A stretch of 61,869 nt of DNA, counting the filler, from Parachlamydiales bacterium (GTDB lineage: Bacteria; Chlamydiota; Chlamydiia; Chlamydiales; Parachlamydiaceae): NCBI GenBank assembly GCA_020051075.1. It is 4 parts of 4 records of this genome, joined end to end, with 100 filler letters (N's around TTAATTAATTAA, not from the genome) between each part and the next. Parts side by side here need not be neighbours in the genome. Positions count along the whole stretch, not along the records: positions 26,721 to 43,507 come from JAGVJP010000010.1; 3 more parts are not named here. The stretch is one strand, 5' to 3'. This document shows positions 28,538-38,946 of this stretch, one piece after another; position 1 is the first letter of the stretch, and each line of letters starts with the position of its first letter. The notes under the pieces were generated by a model. It worked only from the letters and a program-made list of their open reading frames with translations, did no database searches and was not told the DNA's origin. Position numbers and translations under genes: made by a program.

Positions 28538-28809
28538 AAAATCTCTTCTTTTAATGAATTAAACTTAGATGAGTTAAGTTGCATTATTTTTTTAAAGCCA
28601 TGCGATCTTGTGGCTTTTCCAATGACCATAATTTGATATTGTTAATATCCAATAAATATAACGTAAAATTTTAGTTCTTGTCAATGCTCGAGTTCTTCGC
28701 ATCTCTGCGGTAAAAAAAGGAGAGGAGACGTGCATAGCTGCAGAAAATCTTTCTGTGAAAGAATCAAATCAGATACAATCTCACTCCTAACTAAGGATGA
28801 GAGGTCGGT

Positions 28810-30450
28810 GTGTTGCATGCAATTTCAGAACCGGAGGCAATGGCAAAGACAAGCTGTGGGTGCCCTCCACTGGCGCAAGCGGTCTTAGAAGCTGTGATCA
28901 GACGGGGATGTTCCGATTTTTCTATCTCCCCCAGCGCCAGGTGCGCGCCTCTCATTTACCCTCTGGTTCAAGTCGAGAATAAGCACCTTAACATCTATTA
29001 CTGGCCTGAAGAGCGCTCTTCTGCTTTTTTTGCCTTAGGACGCATCAAAGCGACAGGAAAGCCGGCGGCAGTGATCACCACCTCAGGGACCGCTGCAGGT
29101 GAACTTTTACCTGCTGTCATGGAAGCGCACTATACTGGACTGCCCCTCATACTAATCACAGCCGATCGCCCTCGCGTCTATCGGGGAACGGGAGCTCCTC
29201 AATCTGCAGAGCAGGTGGGGTTGTTCAGTCATTACACCCAAGCTGCTTTTGATTTGGAAGAAGGGGACTGCTATGCATTAGACGATTGGTCTGGAAGGGG
29301 GCCTCTCCATCTCAACGTCTGTTTTGAAGAACCAAAAGATGCTCTCTGCAGGGAACTGAAGCTTGACGATGCATTGATTATCCCTGAGAAATTTATCTCA
29401 AGCCCATTGCCATTCTCTCCGGATCCCCATTTCCTTCATTTCTTGAAGCAGGTGAATTGTCCCCTTGTCGTTGTAGGAGCTCTTCCGGCTGCTCAGCGTG
29501 AGGCTTGCATCCACTTCATCCAATCCTTACAAGCCCCTGTTTATGCTGAAGCGATGTCAGGAATTCGCGAAGATGTCCGTTTGGAGCCTCTTCGAGTGTC
29601 GAGGATCGATTCAATTTGGGAGGTGTCAGCACGCAATAACTATCCGATCGATGGGGTGTTGCGGTTGGGGGCAATCCCCACATGCCGTCTATGGCGTGAT
29701 CTGGAACAGATGCCCCATGTAAACGTCTACTCAGTTAGCGAGCACCCTTTTTCTGGTCTCAGCCACACAGGCGTGTTCCACACTTCGTTGTCCCATTTTT
29801 TTTCTTGGGTTTCAAATTGCCTGCCTGTTAAAGACTACTCCCTTAAAGAAAGGTGGTTAGCGGCTGACCGCGTCAGCTACCAACAGCTTCTTCAGCTTTT
29901 TGAAGAAGAGCCAGAGGCTGAACCCAGCCTCATCCACGCACTCTCTGCAAAGTTCCCCAGCCGCTCGAAAGTGTATTTGGGCAATAGCCTTCCCATCCGT
30001 GAATGGGATCAAGCCGCAACATATGCTCAGAAACATTATGATATGAGTGCAAACCGCGGCGTCAATGGGATTGATGGCCAAGTGTCAACATTTTTGGGAT
30101 TTGCCAGCCCTGGTCAGGACAATTGGGCGATTTTAGGGGATTTGACCGCAATCTATGATCTCGCTGCACCTTGGATTGGTCCTCAAATTGCCGATAGAGC
30201 AGCGACTGTTGTGGTTGTCAATAACGGCGGGGGGAGGATCTTTGCCCGCATGTTCTCTCATCCTGCCTTTCAGCACCAACATGAGCTCTCTTTTGAACCT
30301 TGGGCAAGGCTTTGGGGGTGCCCTTATGAAAAGTGGGAGTCGATTCCCAACGAAATATCTCCGCATTTCCAATCGATCCGCCTTATTGAGCTTGTCACCA
30401 ACCATGCTGTCACAGAGCGTTTCTGGGATAAATTAAAGAGCCTGCCATGA
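28810..30450 (+). CDS. menD: SEPHCHC synthase MenD (ATG 28840 has a good RBS)
   Basis: EERSSAFFALG, TTSGTA, TADRP, ANRGVNGIDG, LGDL...NNGGG ThDP motif. Confidence 0.93.
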   Translation: MLHAISEPEAMAKTSCGCPPLAQAVLEAVIRRGCSDFSISPSARCAPLIYPLVQVENKHLNIYYWPEERSSAFFALGRIKATGKPAAVITTSGTAAGELLPAVMEAHYTGLPLILITADRPRVYRGTGAPQSAEQVGLFSHYTQAAFDLEEGDCYALDDWSGRGPLHLNVCFEEPKDALCRELKLDDALIIPEKFISSPLPFSPDPHFLHFLKQVNCPLVVVGALPAAQREACIHFIQSLQAPVYAEAMSGIREDVRLEPLRVSRIDSIWEVSARNNYPIDGVLRLGAIPTCRLWRDLEQMPHVNVYSVSEHPFSGLSHTGVFHTSLSHFFSWVSNCLPVKDYSLKERWLAADRVSYQQLLQLFEEEPEAEPSLIHALSAKFPSRSKVYLGNSLPIREWDQAATYAQKHYDMSANRGVNGIDGQVSTFLGFASPGQDNWAILGDLTAIYDLAAPWIGPQIADRAATVVVVNNGGGRIFARMFSHPAFQHQHELSFEPWARLWGCPYEKWESIPNEISPHFQSIRLIELVTNHAVTERFWDKLKSLP

Positions 30451-31175
30451 TGATGAATGCTAAGACCTTCTGGGCTCTTCCCGGCTTTCTCGGCCTTCCG
30501 CAAGATTGGGATTGTCTGTCTGCGTCCTTAGGCAAGATCAGAGCCGTTGATTTATATCATATTGATTTCTCCTGCAAGAAATTGAAAGAATGGGGGAAGG
30601 GGTTTAATGCATGGATTGCTGCCCAGCAGATGGATCCAGGCATCTTAATGGGCTACTCGCTTGGGGGCAGATTAGCATTGCATGCGCTGATCGATGACCC
30701 CTTTCAGTGGAAAGCAGCAGTGATTATCTCTGCACACCCTGGTTTACAAAACCCTGACGATCGTATCGAACGATTAAAAAGGGATGCGAGTTGGGCTTAT
30801 CGTTTTGGGACGGAGGAGTGGAGCTCATTAATGGACGAATGGAATAACCAAGAAGCATTTGTATCCAGTTCTTTTCAATTTGACAGGAAGGAATCCGACT
30901 ATGAAAGACAGCAGCTCGTTGATATGATGATGATGGCGTCTTTAGGTCAGCAAGAGGACCTGTCTCAATCGATTGCTGAATTATCGATGCCGATTTTATG
31001 GATAACAGGGGTAAGGGATAGTCGTTATAAAGAGATGGCTCGTCAACTCACTTTTTCTCATCCCGATTCCCGATGGGTTGAGATCGAGGGAGCAGGGCAT
31101 CGAGTTCCGTGGGAAGCCCCGCAAGAGTTTGCCCGTGTTGTGAATGAATTCCTGAGACAGATTGAAACTGCCTGA
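30447..31175 (+). CDS. menH: SHCHC synthase MenH (alpha/beta hydrolase)
   Basis: PGFLG, GYSLGGRLAL, GAGHRVPWE; coupled to menD. Confidence 0.85.
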   Translation: MMMNAKTFWALPGFLGLPQDWDCLSASLGKIRAVDLYHIDFSCKKLKEWGKGFNAWIAAQQMDPGILMGYSLGGRLALHALIDDPFQWKAAVIISAHPGLQNPDDRIERLKRDASWAYRFGTEEWSSLMDEWNNQEAFVSSSFQFDRKESDYERQQLVDMMMMASLGQQEDLSQSIAELSMPILWITGVRDSRYKEMARQLTFSHPDSRWVEIEGAGHRVPWEAPQEFARVVNEFLRQIETA

Positions 31176-31200
31176 CGCCTGTGCGTGCAAGATGGTCCTT

Positions 31201-32262
31201 TCAATCTGATTGCCGAGTCAGGGTAAATAGTTTTTTACTTAGATAGGGAAAGCGATGCATGAGGCGGAGGAGAGGGGTTCCATAGGAGGGGTTGAGCATC
31301 AATTGATGCAAAAGCTTTGCCCAAAAGATTTGTGATGAGCATCGTGTTGTCCACATCTTTTTAAATTCTTCAGTTTGATGACGTACAGCATACTCAGCGG
31401 CTAGCCGTCCGCCTGAAATCCCCATCGACAGCCCATCTCCGCAAGCTGGAGGTATCGTCATCGCTGCATCTCCAATGAAATAGGTGTCGAGCCACGCTGG
31501 CGTCTCTTTAATTCCAAAGGAGGGGATAGCGGCAACCATCCATTGATCAAACAGTTTTTCTCCCTGAGAGAGGCTGTCGTGTAAGTGCCGATGTTGGGTA
31601 ACGAGGTTTTCTATATAGTCTTGAGGGGTCGCATGTTTTTTGACTTCTTCTATACACGCAAGGCAGGCGACGTTATAGTGATTTTCTCCTATCGGAGCAA
31701 TGCCCAAATAGGCTCTTGGCAGAGAGAACATTTCCAGGCAATCAGTGTGTGAGATATCTTTGAAATGAGCTTTAAATCCCATATAATGCATGGGTGGAGC
31801 TTTTGTTGAATAGCTTGGAATGCGCCCTGTTGCGATGATGACATGGGAGGCTTCAATTGTTTCACCGGTCGAGAGTGTCATCAGATGATCTTCATCAGCG
31901 GATTGTTTGGGATGGAAGGCGCAGACTTGGGTGTTTGTTTTGATGTTAGCTCCGCCAATGGAGGCTCGGCTGGCCAACGAAGGATCTAACTGGGTGTGAG
32001 ACATCCCGCCGGCAGCTGAGGGAAAAGAGAAATCTAAACAATCGTCCGCTATTCTGAAGAGGACTTTGGAAATCGGGACAGGGTGGATATCCCATCTGTT
32101 CAAAACGCTTATGCATTCAGGAGAAAGAAACTCGCCGCAAATTTTGTGGGCGGGGTAGGCTCCTCCTTCAATCACCATCGGCTTCTCCCCGAGCTCAGTT
32201 AATCGGATGGCAGCACATAAGCCGGCGATGCCTCCGCCGATGATGGCAAAATTAACTTTCAT
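31201..32262 (-). CDS. FAD-dependent oxidoreductase
   Basis: IIGGGIAG, HKICGEFLS, IATGR, IGDAA...PACGDGLSM. Confidence 0.85.
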   Translation of the reverse strand: MKVNFAIIGGGIAGLCAAIRLTELGEKPMVIEGGAYPAHKICGEFLSPECISVLNRWDIHPVPISKVLFRIADDCLDFSFPSAAGGMSHTQLDPSLASRASIGGANIKTNTQVCAFHPKQSADEDHLMTLSTGETIEASHVIIATGRIPSYSTKAPPMHYMGFKAHFKDISHTDCLEMFSLPRAYLGIAPIGENHYNVACLACIEEVKKHATPQDYIENLVTQHRHLHDSLSQGEKLFDQWMVAAIPSFGIKETPAWLDTYFIGDAAMTIPPACGDGLSMGISGGRLAAEYAVRHQTEEFKKMWTTRCSSQIFWAKLLHQLMLNPSYGTPLLRLMHRFPYLSKKLFTLTRQSD

Positions 32263-32969
32263 TGTTTCAACTTAGATGTTGTATCAATACATATCACCCA
32301 CCTAAACGCCCAATGCCAAGTGATCGAACAGTCTTCAAGTGGAATTTCTGCAGCTTCGAGGTAGCCGATCCAGTCCTGTTTTTTAAAGCCCCGTTGGATC
32401 GATAATAAGCCATCGTTGACAATGAGGCGGTTGCGAAAAAGGGGTTTAGCGATGAGGGAAAACGCTGAATAGGCCAGCCAGTGACGGTGCAAGTCATTGA
32501 GGATAATAGATTTCGTTGCAACTTGATAGGCTCTTTTGAGGAAATCGATCAACGCATCATCATCCAGATGATGGCACACAAGAGTGGCTGTCACGTGGTC
32601 AAAGCTATTAGGGGGATAAGATAATTTTTCTGTTGGCGCTAGCGAAAACTCCACGTTATTCAGAGCTGCTTCTTGAAGGCGTGCCTGTGCAAATTCAATT
32701 GCCTGAGGAGAGATATCGACTCCCACAACGTGGGCTGCAGGGAATTGTCTGGCAAGCTCGATGGTGAAATGCCCCCCGCCGCAGCCAACATCCAAAATCG
32801 TGTCAGGAGGTGGAAATTTACGAAAGGTGTTTAACGTGGCTTGATCGCCTCCAAGGATACATCCAATGCGTTTCAATTGATGAAGGCACTCTTTGTATTC
32901 ATCCTCGCTATAATGTGAAGGGCCCAAATCTAATAGTTCAGGCTCATAAGATCGACGGCTGTTTTTCAT
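32259..32969 (-). CDS. Class I SAM-dependent methyltransferase
   Basis: ILDVGCGGG, GVDIS, LVCHH, NDLHR; coupled to the PKS. Confidence 0.88.
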   Translation of the reverse strand: MKNSRRSYEPELLDLGPSHYSEDEYKECLHQLKRIGCILGGDQATLNTFRKFPPPDTILDVGCGGGHFTIELARQFPAAHVVGVDISPQAIEFAQARLQEAALNNVEFSLAPTEKLSYPPNSFDHVTATLVCHHLDDDALIDFLKRAYQVATKSIILNDLHRHWLAYSAFSLIAKPLFRNRLIVNDGLLSIQRGFKKQDWIGYLEAAEIPLEDCSITWHWAFRWVICIDTTSKLKQ

Positions 32970-34063
32970 GAGATATTAGGTCTGTTTAATACAATGCCTT
33001 CTACAGAAAGTCCGGGGCCGAAGCCAACACCGACAGTCCATTTTTTTGAGCTCTGCAGTTCCAATAGTCTATTCAAGACAAATAGAAAACTCGCACTCGA
33101 CATATTTCCATAATTGGCTAATGTATCCCAAGAGGCTTTGGTGAGTTCGCTATTGATGTTTAGTGCGTTTTCAATCCCTTGAATGATTGATTTGCCTCCA
33201 GGATGAATCGCCCAATCGCAGTTCTCGTAAGATAGATGAGGGCCTACGAGAGACTGGATGAAAGCATCGATTTTTCTCCCGAGGATGACAGGGATTTTAT
33301 AGGATAGCTTCATGATAAAGCCTTGGTCGCTTGCTTCCCATCTCATTTTGTCTGTCGTATTTTCCACACCCAAAGACCCTTTATGGTGTATTGTCCATAG
33401 AGGCGTTTCGTAAGATTGTGGATCGGCCCCTACAACAACCGCAGCAGCTCCATCTGAAAAAAGAGAGTTCCCTAGGATGTTATCCGCTGTTTGGGCTGCC
33501 TGAAAATGGAGTGAGCAGAGTTCGGTACAGATGACGAGAACCCGATTTTTGGGATTTTCTTTTGCAAAAGCTTGTGCGACGGAAAGGCCTTTGAAGGCGC
33601 CAAAACATCCCATAAAGTTAATTCCCAGTCGCTCGGTCGAAGGTTTCAGCTTTAATAACTGCATGAGGTCGAATTCAATGCCTGGGGCAATCATCCCAGT
33701 GCATGACACGGAGATGATATGAGTGATTGTATGAGGATCGCCTCCCCAAGATTTCAAAGCTTTGAAAGCAGCTTCGTAGGCCAATTTAAGAGCTTCAACG
33801 ACATAGAGGTCGTTGCGTTGTGCTGTCCCTGGAATAGTTTTAGGATATTCCTGCCCCCAAAAATCCCATTGAGATCGATCCTTAGTGAAATCTGGGATAA
33901 CGGAATAACGGGTACGGATCGCAGAGTTGTGGTACAGCTGCTTGATCGCACCAGCTTTTTCCGGATCAAGCGATAGCATCTCGATCACTTTGTCAGCGAT
34001 AGTTTCTTGATCGACCGCAAAAGGCGCCGGCACCGTTGATAGGGATAAAATTGAAACTTCCAT
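32966..34063 (-). CDS. Type III polyketide synthase (chalcone synthase family)
   Basis: Cys-His-Asn triad in MGCFG, AIHPGG, GNMSS; VSCTG, ELCSLH, GFGPGL. Confidence 0.95.
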   Translation of the reverse strand: MEVSILSLSTVPAPFAVDQETIADKVIEMLSLDPEKAGAIKQLYHNSAIRTRYSVIPDFTKDRSQWDFWGQEYPKTIPGTAQRNDLYVVEALKLAYEAAFKALKSWGGDPHTITHIISVSCTGMIAPGIEFDLMQLLKLKPSTERLGINFMGCFGAFKGLSVAQAFAKENPKNRVLVICTELCSLHFQAAQTADNILGNSLFSDGAAAVVVGADPQSYETPLWTIHHKGSLGVENTTDKMRWEASDQGFIMKLSYKIPVILGRKIDAFIQSLVGPHLSYENCDWAIHPGGKSIIQGIENALNINSELTKASWDTLANYGNMSSASFLFVLNRLLELQSSKKWTVGVGFGPGLSVEGIVLNRPNIS

Positions 34064-35127
34064 TAATGTTCCTTAGAAGAAGGGGAGTGCGTCTTGAGGA
34101 ATGAAGTGACTTGACTCTCCCAGCTTTTGGTTTGTGGCCCAAGCCAGATGATATGTCCACTCTCCTGCACAGTAACGAGTTGTGTCCCCGGCGGTAATTG
34201 CTTCTGCACAGCCTGAGCTGTGGGGTAATAGCCGTTGCTGTCATTGATAGACTGTACAATGATGGTTGGAGTCACATAGCCTGAGGAGTTGAATGTGGTT
34301 GTCCAATAATTGATTCCAAGGAAATCGTTCAAGATTCCAGGCAAACGAGGCGTAATGGGTATGGATGCATTGATCATCTTTCTAAGAAAGATAGATTGAT
34401 TTCGATGGTGTGTGACATAACGGATTCGCTCATTGAGGGCAGCTCCAGTCAATGTCGTATCTAGTCCTAAAACCTCTTTTGCTGTCGAGTAAAAATCATA
34501 TTTCGTCGAAAGATGAAGGATATAAGAGAGATAGTCAGGAAAAACAGGTAACGATAAAAAAGCCCCTAAAACTGAGTAGAAAAAAGAGTCTTCGCTAGGA
34601 CTAGCTCCAATAGACTCTAGAACTACTGCTGACACACGATTTGGATATTGTTGCGCGAGGGCAAAAGCGACTGGTGCTCCTGCCGAAAATCCTAATGCTG
34701 CTACTTGAGAAATCCCTAAAGCATCTAAAACAGAAATGATCACAGCCGCTTGTTCGGCAGCGTTAAACTCTACCGTTGGAGGGAGTGGTGGAATGGCTGA
34801 TCCGAGATAACCGGGACGAGAAATCGCCAACACAGAAAAACCTTCATCAATAAGGTTAGAAGCGATTAACAAGCCTTGGTCCCACCCTCCAAAACCCCCA
34901 TGGATAGATATGACAACAGGGCCATGCCCTTTTAAGACGTACTGAACAGGACCTATTGAAGTTTGAACGACTTTACCCGTTGAATCTAGCTTCTTTGTTG
35001 ATTTACAAAGCCATCGCTCAAATCCACTTGTCTTGCATGTTGAGTGATCTGCATGCGTTGATGCACCATTTAGCATCATTAGAGATAAAAACAATAGACA
35101 ATAGCTGAAAAATTGGCGATGCTTCAT
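34063..35127 (-). CDS. Secreted alpha/beta hydrolase
   Basis: Signal peptide, HGGFGG, SRPGY, nucleophile elbow GFSAG, C-terminal SGH. Confidence 0.82.
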   Translation of the reverse strand: MKHRQFFSYCLLFLSLMMLNGASTHADHSTCKTSGFERWLCKSTKKLDSTGKVVQTSIGPVQYVLKGHGPVVISIHGGFGGWDQGLLIASNLIDEGFSVLAISRPGYLGSAIPPLPPTVEFNAAEQAAVIISVLDALGISQVAALGFSAGAPVAFALAQQYPNRVSAVVLESIGASPSEDSFFYSVLGAFLSLPVFPDYLSYILHLSTKYDFYSTAKEVLGLDTTLTGAALNERIRYVTHHRNQSIFLRKMINASIPITPRLPGILNDFLGINYWTTTFNSSGYVTPTIIVQSINDSNGYYPTAQAVQKQLPPGTQLVTVQESGHIIWLGPQTKSWESQVTSFLKTHSPSSKEH

Positions 35128-35153
35128 GATAAATCCTTATGATGTTCTCAGAG

Positions 35154-36941
35154 TTATTGTTGTAAGAGTCTGGCAATATTGGCAGCAATCAAATAGGCTG
35201 ATGCCATTGGCGTTCCATCCATAGCAACTGGGACAATTGAGTCGTCCGCTACGTAAAGGTTTTGCACTCCATAGACCTGACCAATGCTATTGACAACTCC
35301 CCCTTGAGCTAATGGGGCCATGCGGCAATGACTCTGCCAGCATTGGCTGGATCCGACGACTTCTTTGATGAAGGCGGTTAAAAGATCAACGTCATCTAAT
35401 ATCGCTGGTGGAGGAAAGATCAATTCATATTTTTCGTCCATTGCATGCAGGATGGCATTGATATTCTTGATATAAACCTGGAATGTCTGCACATAAAGTT
35501 CTAAGTCAGCTGGGTTGCTGAATGTGCCTGGATCAATGACTGGCGGATCAAAGGGATTAGCACTATTGATGGTGATGCGCCCCCTGCTTTGGGGTTGGAT
35601 GAGATCAATGATGGCAAAAGCGAGCCCAGGGATCGGGTTGACGGTCGAAATCCGAACTGTTCTTATCGTCGGATCTCCTCCAGGAGTTGGGAGCCAAGAA
35701 ATTTGGGCAAAAATACTATTTTCTGGAAAGCTGAAATCCTTAGATAAAAGCACGTTGGTTAGCTGTTTTTTGTCATTTGCATTGTGTAGATTAGCAATGA
35801 CCGGGAGATGAAATAGGATTCGTTTCAGTTTACGGAATGAGAGATGGTCGATTAAACCGTTGCCAAAGGATTTTCTTATTCGAACAGGGGTGTCGTCAGG
35901 GTTTGTCGCGAACGCACTTAATAAAAGCGTTTGATCGGCAAGTACCGCCCCTACATTGGGGTTGTCGAACTTCACATCTATCCCAAGGGGTTGGAGCACT
36001 TCCTTAGGACCTACCCCAGAGTGCATCAAAAAGGCACTGCTAAAGAGGCCCCCGCATACGATGACACCCTTTTTGGCATAAGCTTTTCGTTCTATGCCAT
36101 TTCTCGAATAGACGACGCCAACTGCTTTGTTGTCTTTCCATAGTGTTCTGAGGGCTGTACTTTTATACTTGATGTTCAGTTTTCTCCCTCCAACGCCTTT
36201 GCCATTGGGTGTGACGACGCATCTATTCAAGAATGCTGTCGCACTGCTGACTCTGAATTTGCCATTACACCCTTTCTGGGTGTACTGAAGTTGAGGCGAT
36301 ACGCCGATTGGAGTATTAATGTCATTATAGTCGAGAACAATAGGCTCTCCTGTTGCTGTTGCCACAGCCTGAGAGAATTTGAGCGAAAAAGATGTTGGAA
36401 TAGGGACTTGACGCACATTGATCGGTCCATGATAACCCCTTAATGCTGGATCTGGAGTTAAACCCTTATATTTTTCAAGGCTCGTGTAAATATTCTGAAT
36501 TTGAGTTGTCGACCATTCTGGACCTGCTATGGGTTCCCACTGAGAATACACCTGGTTTGTTCCGCGCGCCCAAGCTCCAGCATTGACTGATGATGTTCCG
36601 CCTTCTGGTACTCCCATAGCCCAGAAAATTTCTCTGCCATCTACACTAGGTTGCGGGGAGGAAAATCCATTCTGAAAAAAAGGAGGGCCTATTAAGGCGG
36701 ATAGGATGGTCGTTGGAGCATTGCGCGAATATTTAATGTTTGGATTTTGAGTAAAATTTTTTCCATTGTGTATCGTAATGACTGAAGTGTTAAAGTCATC
36801 TGAGAGCAGTTTGGAAATCGTTGCCCCTGCTGTGCCTGCACCAATGACAATGTAGTCTGCTTCTTCTTTTGCTGTCAGCGAACTCTTGGGGAATAGGCAA
36901 AGAAAGTACAATAAATATAGAATGTAATGTTTATAGTTCAT
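35154..36941 (-). CDS. Secreted GMC-family oxidoreductase
   Basis: DYIVIGAGTAG, GGTSSVN, LMHSGVG, PQSRGRI, VYGVQNLYVADDSI; AAGGAG RBS before ATG 36941; signal peptide. Confidence 0.9.
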   Translation of the reverse strand: MNYKHYILYLLYFLCLFPKSSLTAKEEADYIVIGAGTAGATISKLLSDDFNTSVITIHNGKNFTQNPNIKYSRNAPTTILSALIGPPFFQNGFSSPQPSVDGREIFWAMGVPEGGTSSVNAGAWARGTNQVYSQWEPIAGPEWSTTQIQNIYTSLEKYKGLTPDPALRGYHGPINVRQVPIPTSFSLKFSQAVATATGEPIVLDYNDINTPIGVSPQLQYTQKGCNGKFRVSSATAFLNRCVVTPNGKGVGGRKLNIKYKSTALRTLWKDNKAVGVVYSRNGIERKAYAKKGVIVCGGLFSSAFLMHSGVGPKEVLQPLGIDVKFDNPNVGAVLADQTLLLSAFATNPDDTPVRIRKSFGNGLIDHLSFRKLKRILFHLPVIANLHNANDKKQLTNVLLSKDFSFPENSIFAQISWLPTPGGDPTIRTVRISTVNPIPGLAFAIIDLIQPQSRGRITINSANPFDPPVIDPGTFSNPADLELYVQTFQVYIKNINAILHAMDEKYELIFPPPAILDDVDLLTAFIKEVVGSSQCWQSHCRMAPLAQGGVVNSIGQVYGVQNLYVADDSIVPVAMDGTPMASAYLIAANIARLLQQ

Positions 36942-37132
36942 CTGTCTCTCCTTCAATTTGATCGAGCAGCCACCCATTGAAAATCCCATGAATGCCGCGC
37001 ATAAACCTATAATTTAATTTTTACATATTTCATAGGATTATTTTTCAAAGAACAGGAAAAAATGTTGCTCAGCCGAAGATTAAATGCTAATAAATTAGGA
37101 AAACCCAAATTTGTTACAACAGGTGAGAGTCA

Positions 37133-38830
37133 ATGTCTAAAGCTTCATTAAAATATGTTGTTCAAATAGTCATTGTTGCTAGCGCTGTGATGATCGCCAT
37201 TCCTGGACTTCTTCGAGCTGAGCTCGCTACCGTTTCTTCTGAGAAAAAAGTCGAGCCTTCCGGGGCGATGGAACCGGACTTGGACTTAAGAGATACGCTG
37301 CCGATGAGGGAGATCTACCATCCTGTTTCGACGGATAACCCCACCGCTCAGAAAAGTTTCAACAAAGGTTTGACCTTCATCTTTGCCTTTAACCACGATC
37401 TAGCCTTCAAAGAATTTGAAAAAGCTTCTCAATTCGATCCCAATCTTGCGATGGCTTACTGGGGCATGGCTTTAGCTCTAGGGCAGAATATCAATACAGA
37501 TGTCACTCCTGAACATGAAAAGCGAGCGTATGACTATTCTCAAAAAGCTTTGACACTAATCTCTCGAGCCTCTCCTGTAGAACAGGCCTATATTAAAGCA
37601 TTGGTGCAGAGATATACAAATGATCCCTCAGGAGATCTTGTGGCTTTACGTTATAAATATCGCGATGCCATGAAGGAGGTGTCCACAAAATATCCTGAAG
37701 ACTTGGATGCAGCATGCCTTTATGCAGAAAGTATCTTGGATATAGATCCGTGGAAATACTGGACATGGGATGGAAAACCGAAAGCAGGGACTCTTGAAGC
37801 GATCGATGTTCTCAGATCAGTACTTGACCGCAATCCCGAACATATTGGCGCTAACCACTATTCCATTCACGCTTGGGAGGAATCCCCAACACCCGAACGA
37901 GCGCTGCTATCAGCTTTTCGCTTGACGCATCTACTCCCTGAGTCGGGTCATCTGATGCATATGCCCTGTCATATTTTCATCCTCTGCGGTTATTATGACA
38001 ACGCGATTAAAACAAGTAAAAAAGCCATTGCAGCTGATCGTGAGTATATTCATGAACATGGAATAGATGGGGATTACCCCCTTCATTATTTAACCCATAA
38101 TATGAGAGTTCTATCTAGAATTTATATGCTGTCTGAAGATTACGAAAATGCCATCCGTACTGCAGATGAATTGAATCAATTGATCAAACCTTATTATAAA
38201 AAAATGCCGGATCTTCTGAGGTTTATGATGGCTTCCATGGAGGTCAATCTCTATTTCCATCGTTGGAAGGAGATTTTAGCCTTTCCTCGTCCCCCTGAAG
38301 ATTATGCTGCCACAGTAACCTATTGGTATTTTAGCCGAGCGATGGCTTTGATCAATTTAGGAGATGTCGATGCCTATCGTAAGGAGAGGAATTTGATGAT
38401 GGAGTCTAAACAGAAGATTAAAGACAGCGATGAGATTGGAAATAATCCTGCTTTCAAAATTTTTGAATTAGGAGAAATTCTCCTCGACGCTGCACAAGCA
38501 CGGTTTTTTGGAGAGCATTCTGCTCATATAGAGAATTTAAAAAAAGCCGTTGAAGTGCAAGACCGCTTGAACTATGACGAACCGCCAGCATGGTATGTCC
38601 TAAGTCGAATTGAACTTGGCAAGGCATTTTTGGTTGGAAAACGTTATGAAGAAGCAGAAATGATGTTCAAAAAAGGGTTAACGGAGTTGCAACGCAATGG
38701 GAGGCTCCTTTTTGGCCTTCATTTAAGTCTTAAAGAACAAGGTCGTGCGTGGGACGCTTATTGGGTCGAAAGAGAGATGAACAGAGCGTTGAAAAACTCA
38801 TCACAACAGTTAACTCTCGACAATTTGTAG
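37133..38830 (+). CDS. Secreted TPR-repeat protein
   Basis: Signal peptide; FAFNHDLA, DPNLAMAYWGMALALG, HIGANHYSIHA, GHLMHMP, YDEPPAW. Confidence 0.8.
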   Translation: MSKASLKYVVQIVIVASAVMIAIPGLLRAELATVSSEKKVEPSGAMEPDLDLRDTLPMREIYHPVSTDNPTAQKSFNKGLTFIFAFNHDLAFKEFEKASQFDPNLAMAYWGMALALGQNINTDVTPEHEKRAYDYSQKALTLISRASPVEQAYIKALVQRYTNDPSGDLVALRYKYRDAMKEVSTKYPEDLDAACLYAESILDIDPWKYWTWDGKPKAGTLEAIDVLRSVLDRNPEHIGANHYSIHAWEESPTPERALLSAFRLTHLLPESGHLMHMPCHIFILCGYYDNAIKTSKKAIAADREYIHEHGIDGDYPLHYLTHNMRVLSRIYMLSEDYENAIRTADELNQLIKPYYKKMPDLLRFMMASMEVNLYFHRWKEILAFPRPPEDYAATVTYWYFSRAMALINLGDVDAYRKERNLMMESKQKIKDSDEIGNNPAFKIFELGEILLDAAQARFFGEHSAHIENLKKAVEVQDRLNYDEPPAWYVLSRIELGKAFLVGKRYEEAEMMFKKGLTELQRNGRLLFGLHLSLKEQGRAWDAYWVEREMNRALKNSSQQLTLDNL

Positions 38831-38870
38831 AGCGGTTGTGAAAGCGCAGGTCTTTGAAAAGTCTAAAGTC

Positions 38871-38899
38871 TTGACGAAGATACGATTATACTTTATGTT
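38871..38899 (+). promoter_or_regulatory. Putative sigma66 promoter of the collagen genes
   Basis: TTGACG-N17-TATGTT. Confidence 0.45.
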
Positions 38900-38946
38900 G
38901 GCGTTAATTTGAATTTGATGGCGATGTAAGCAACTGAGGGAACAGA

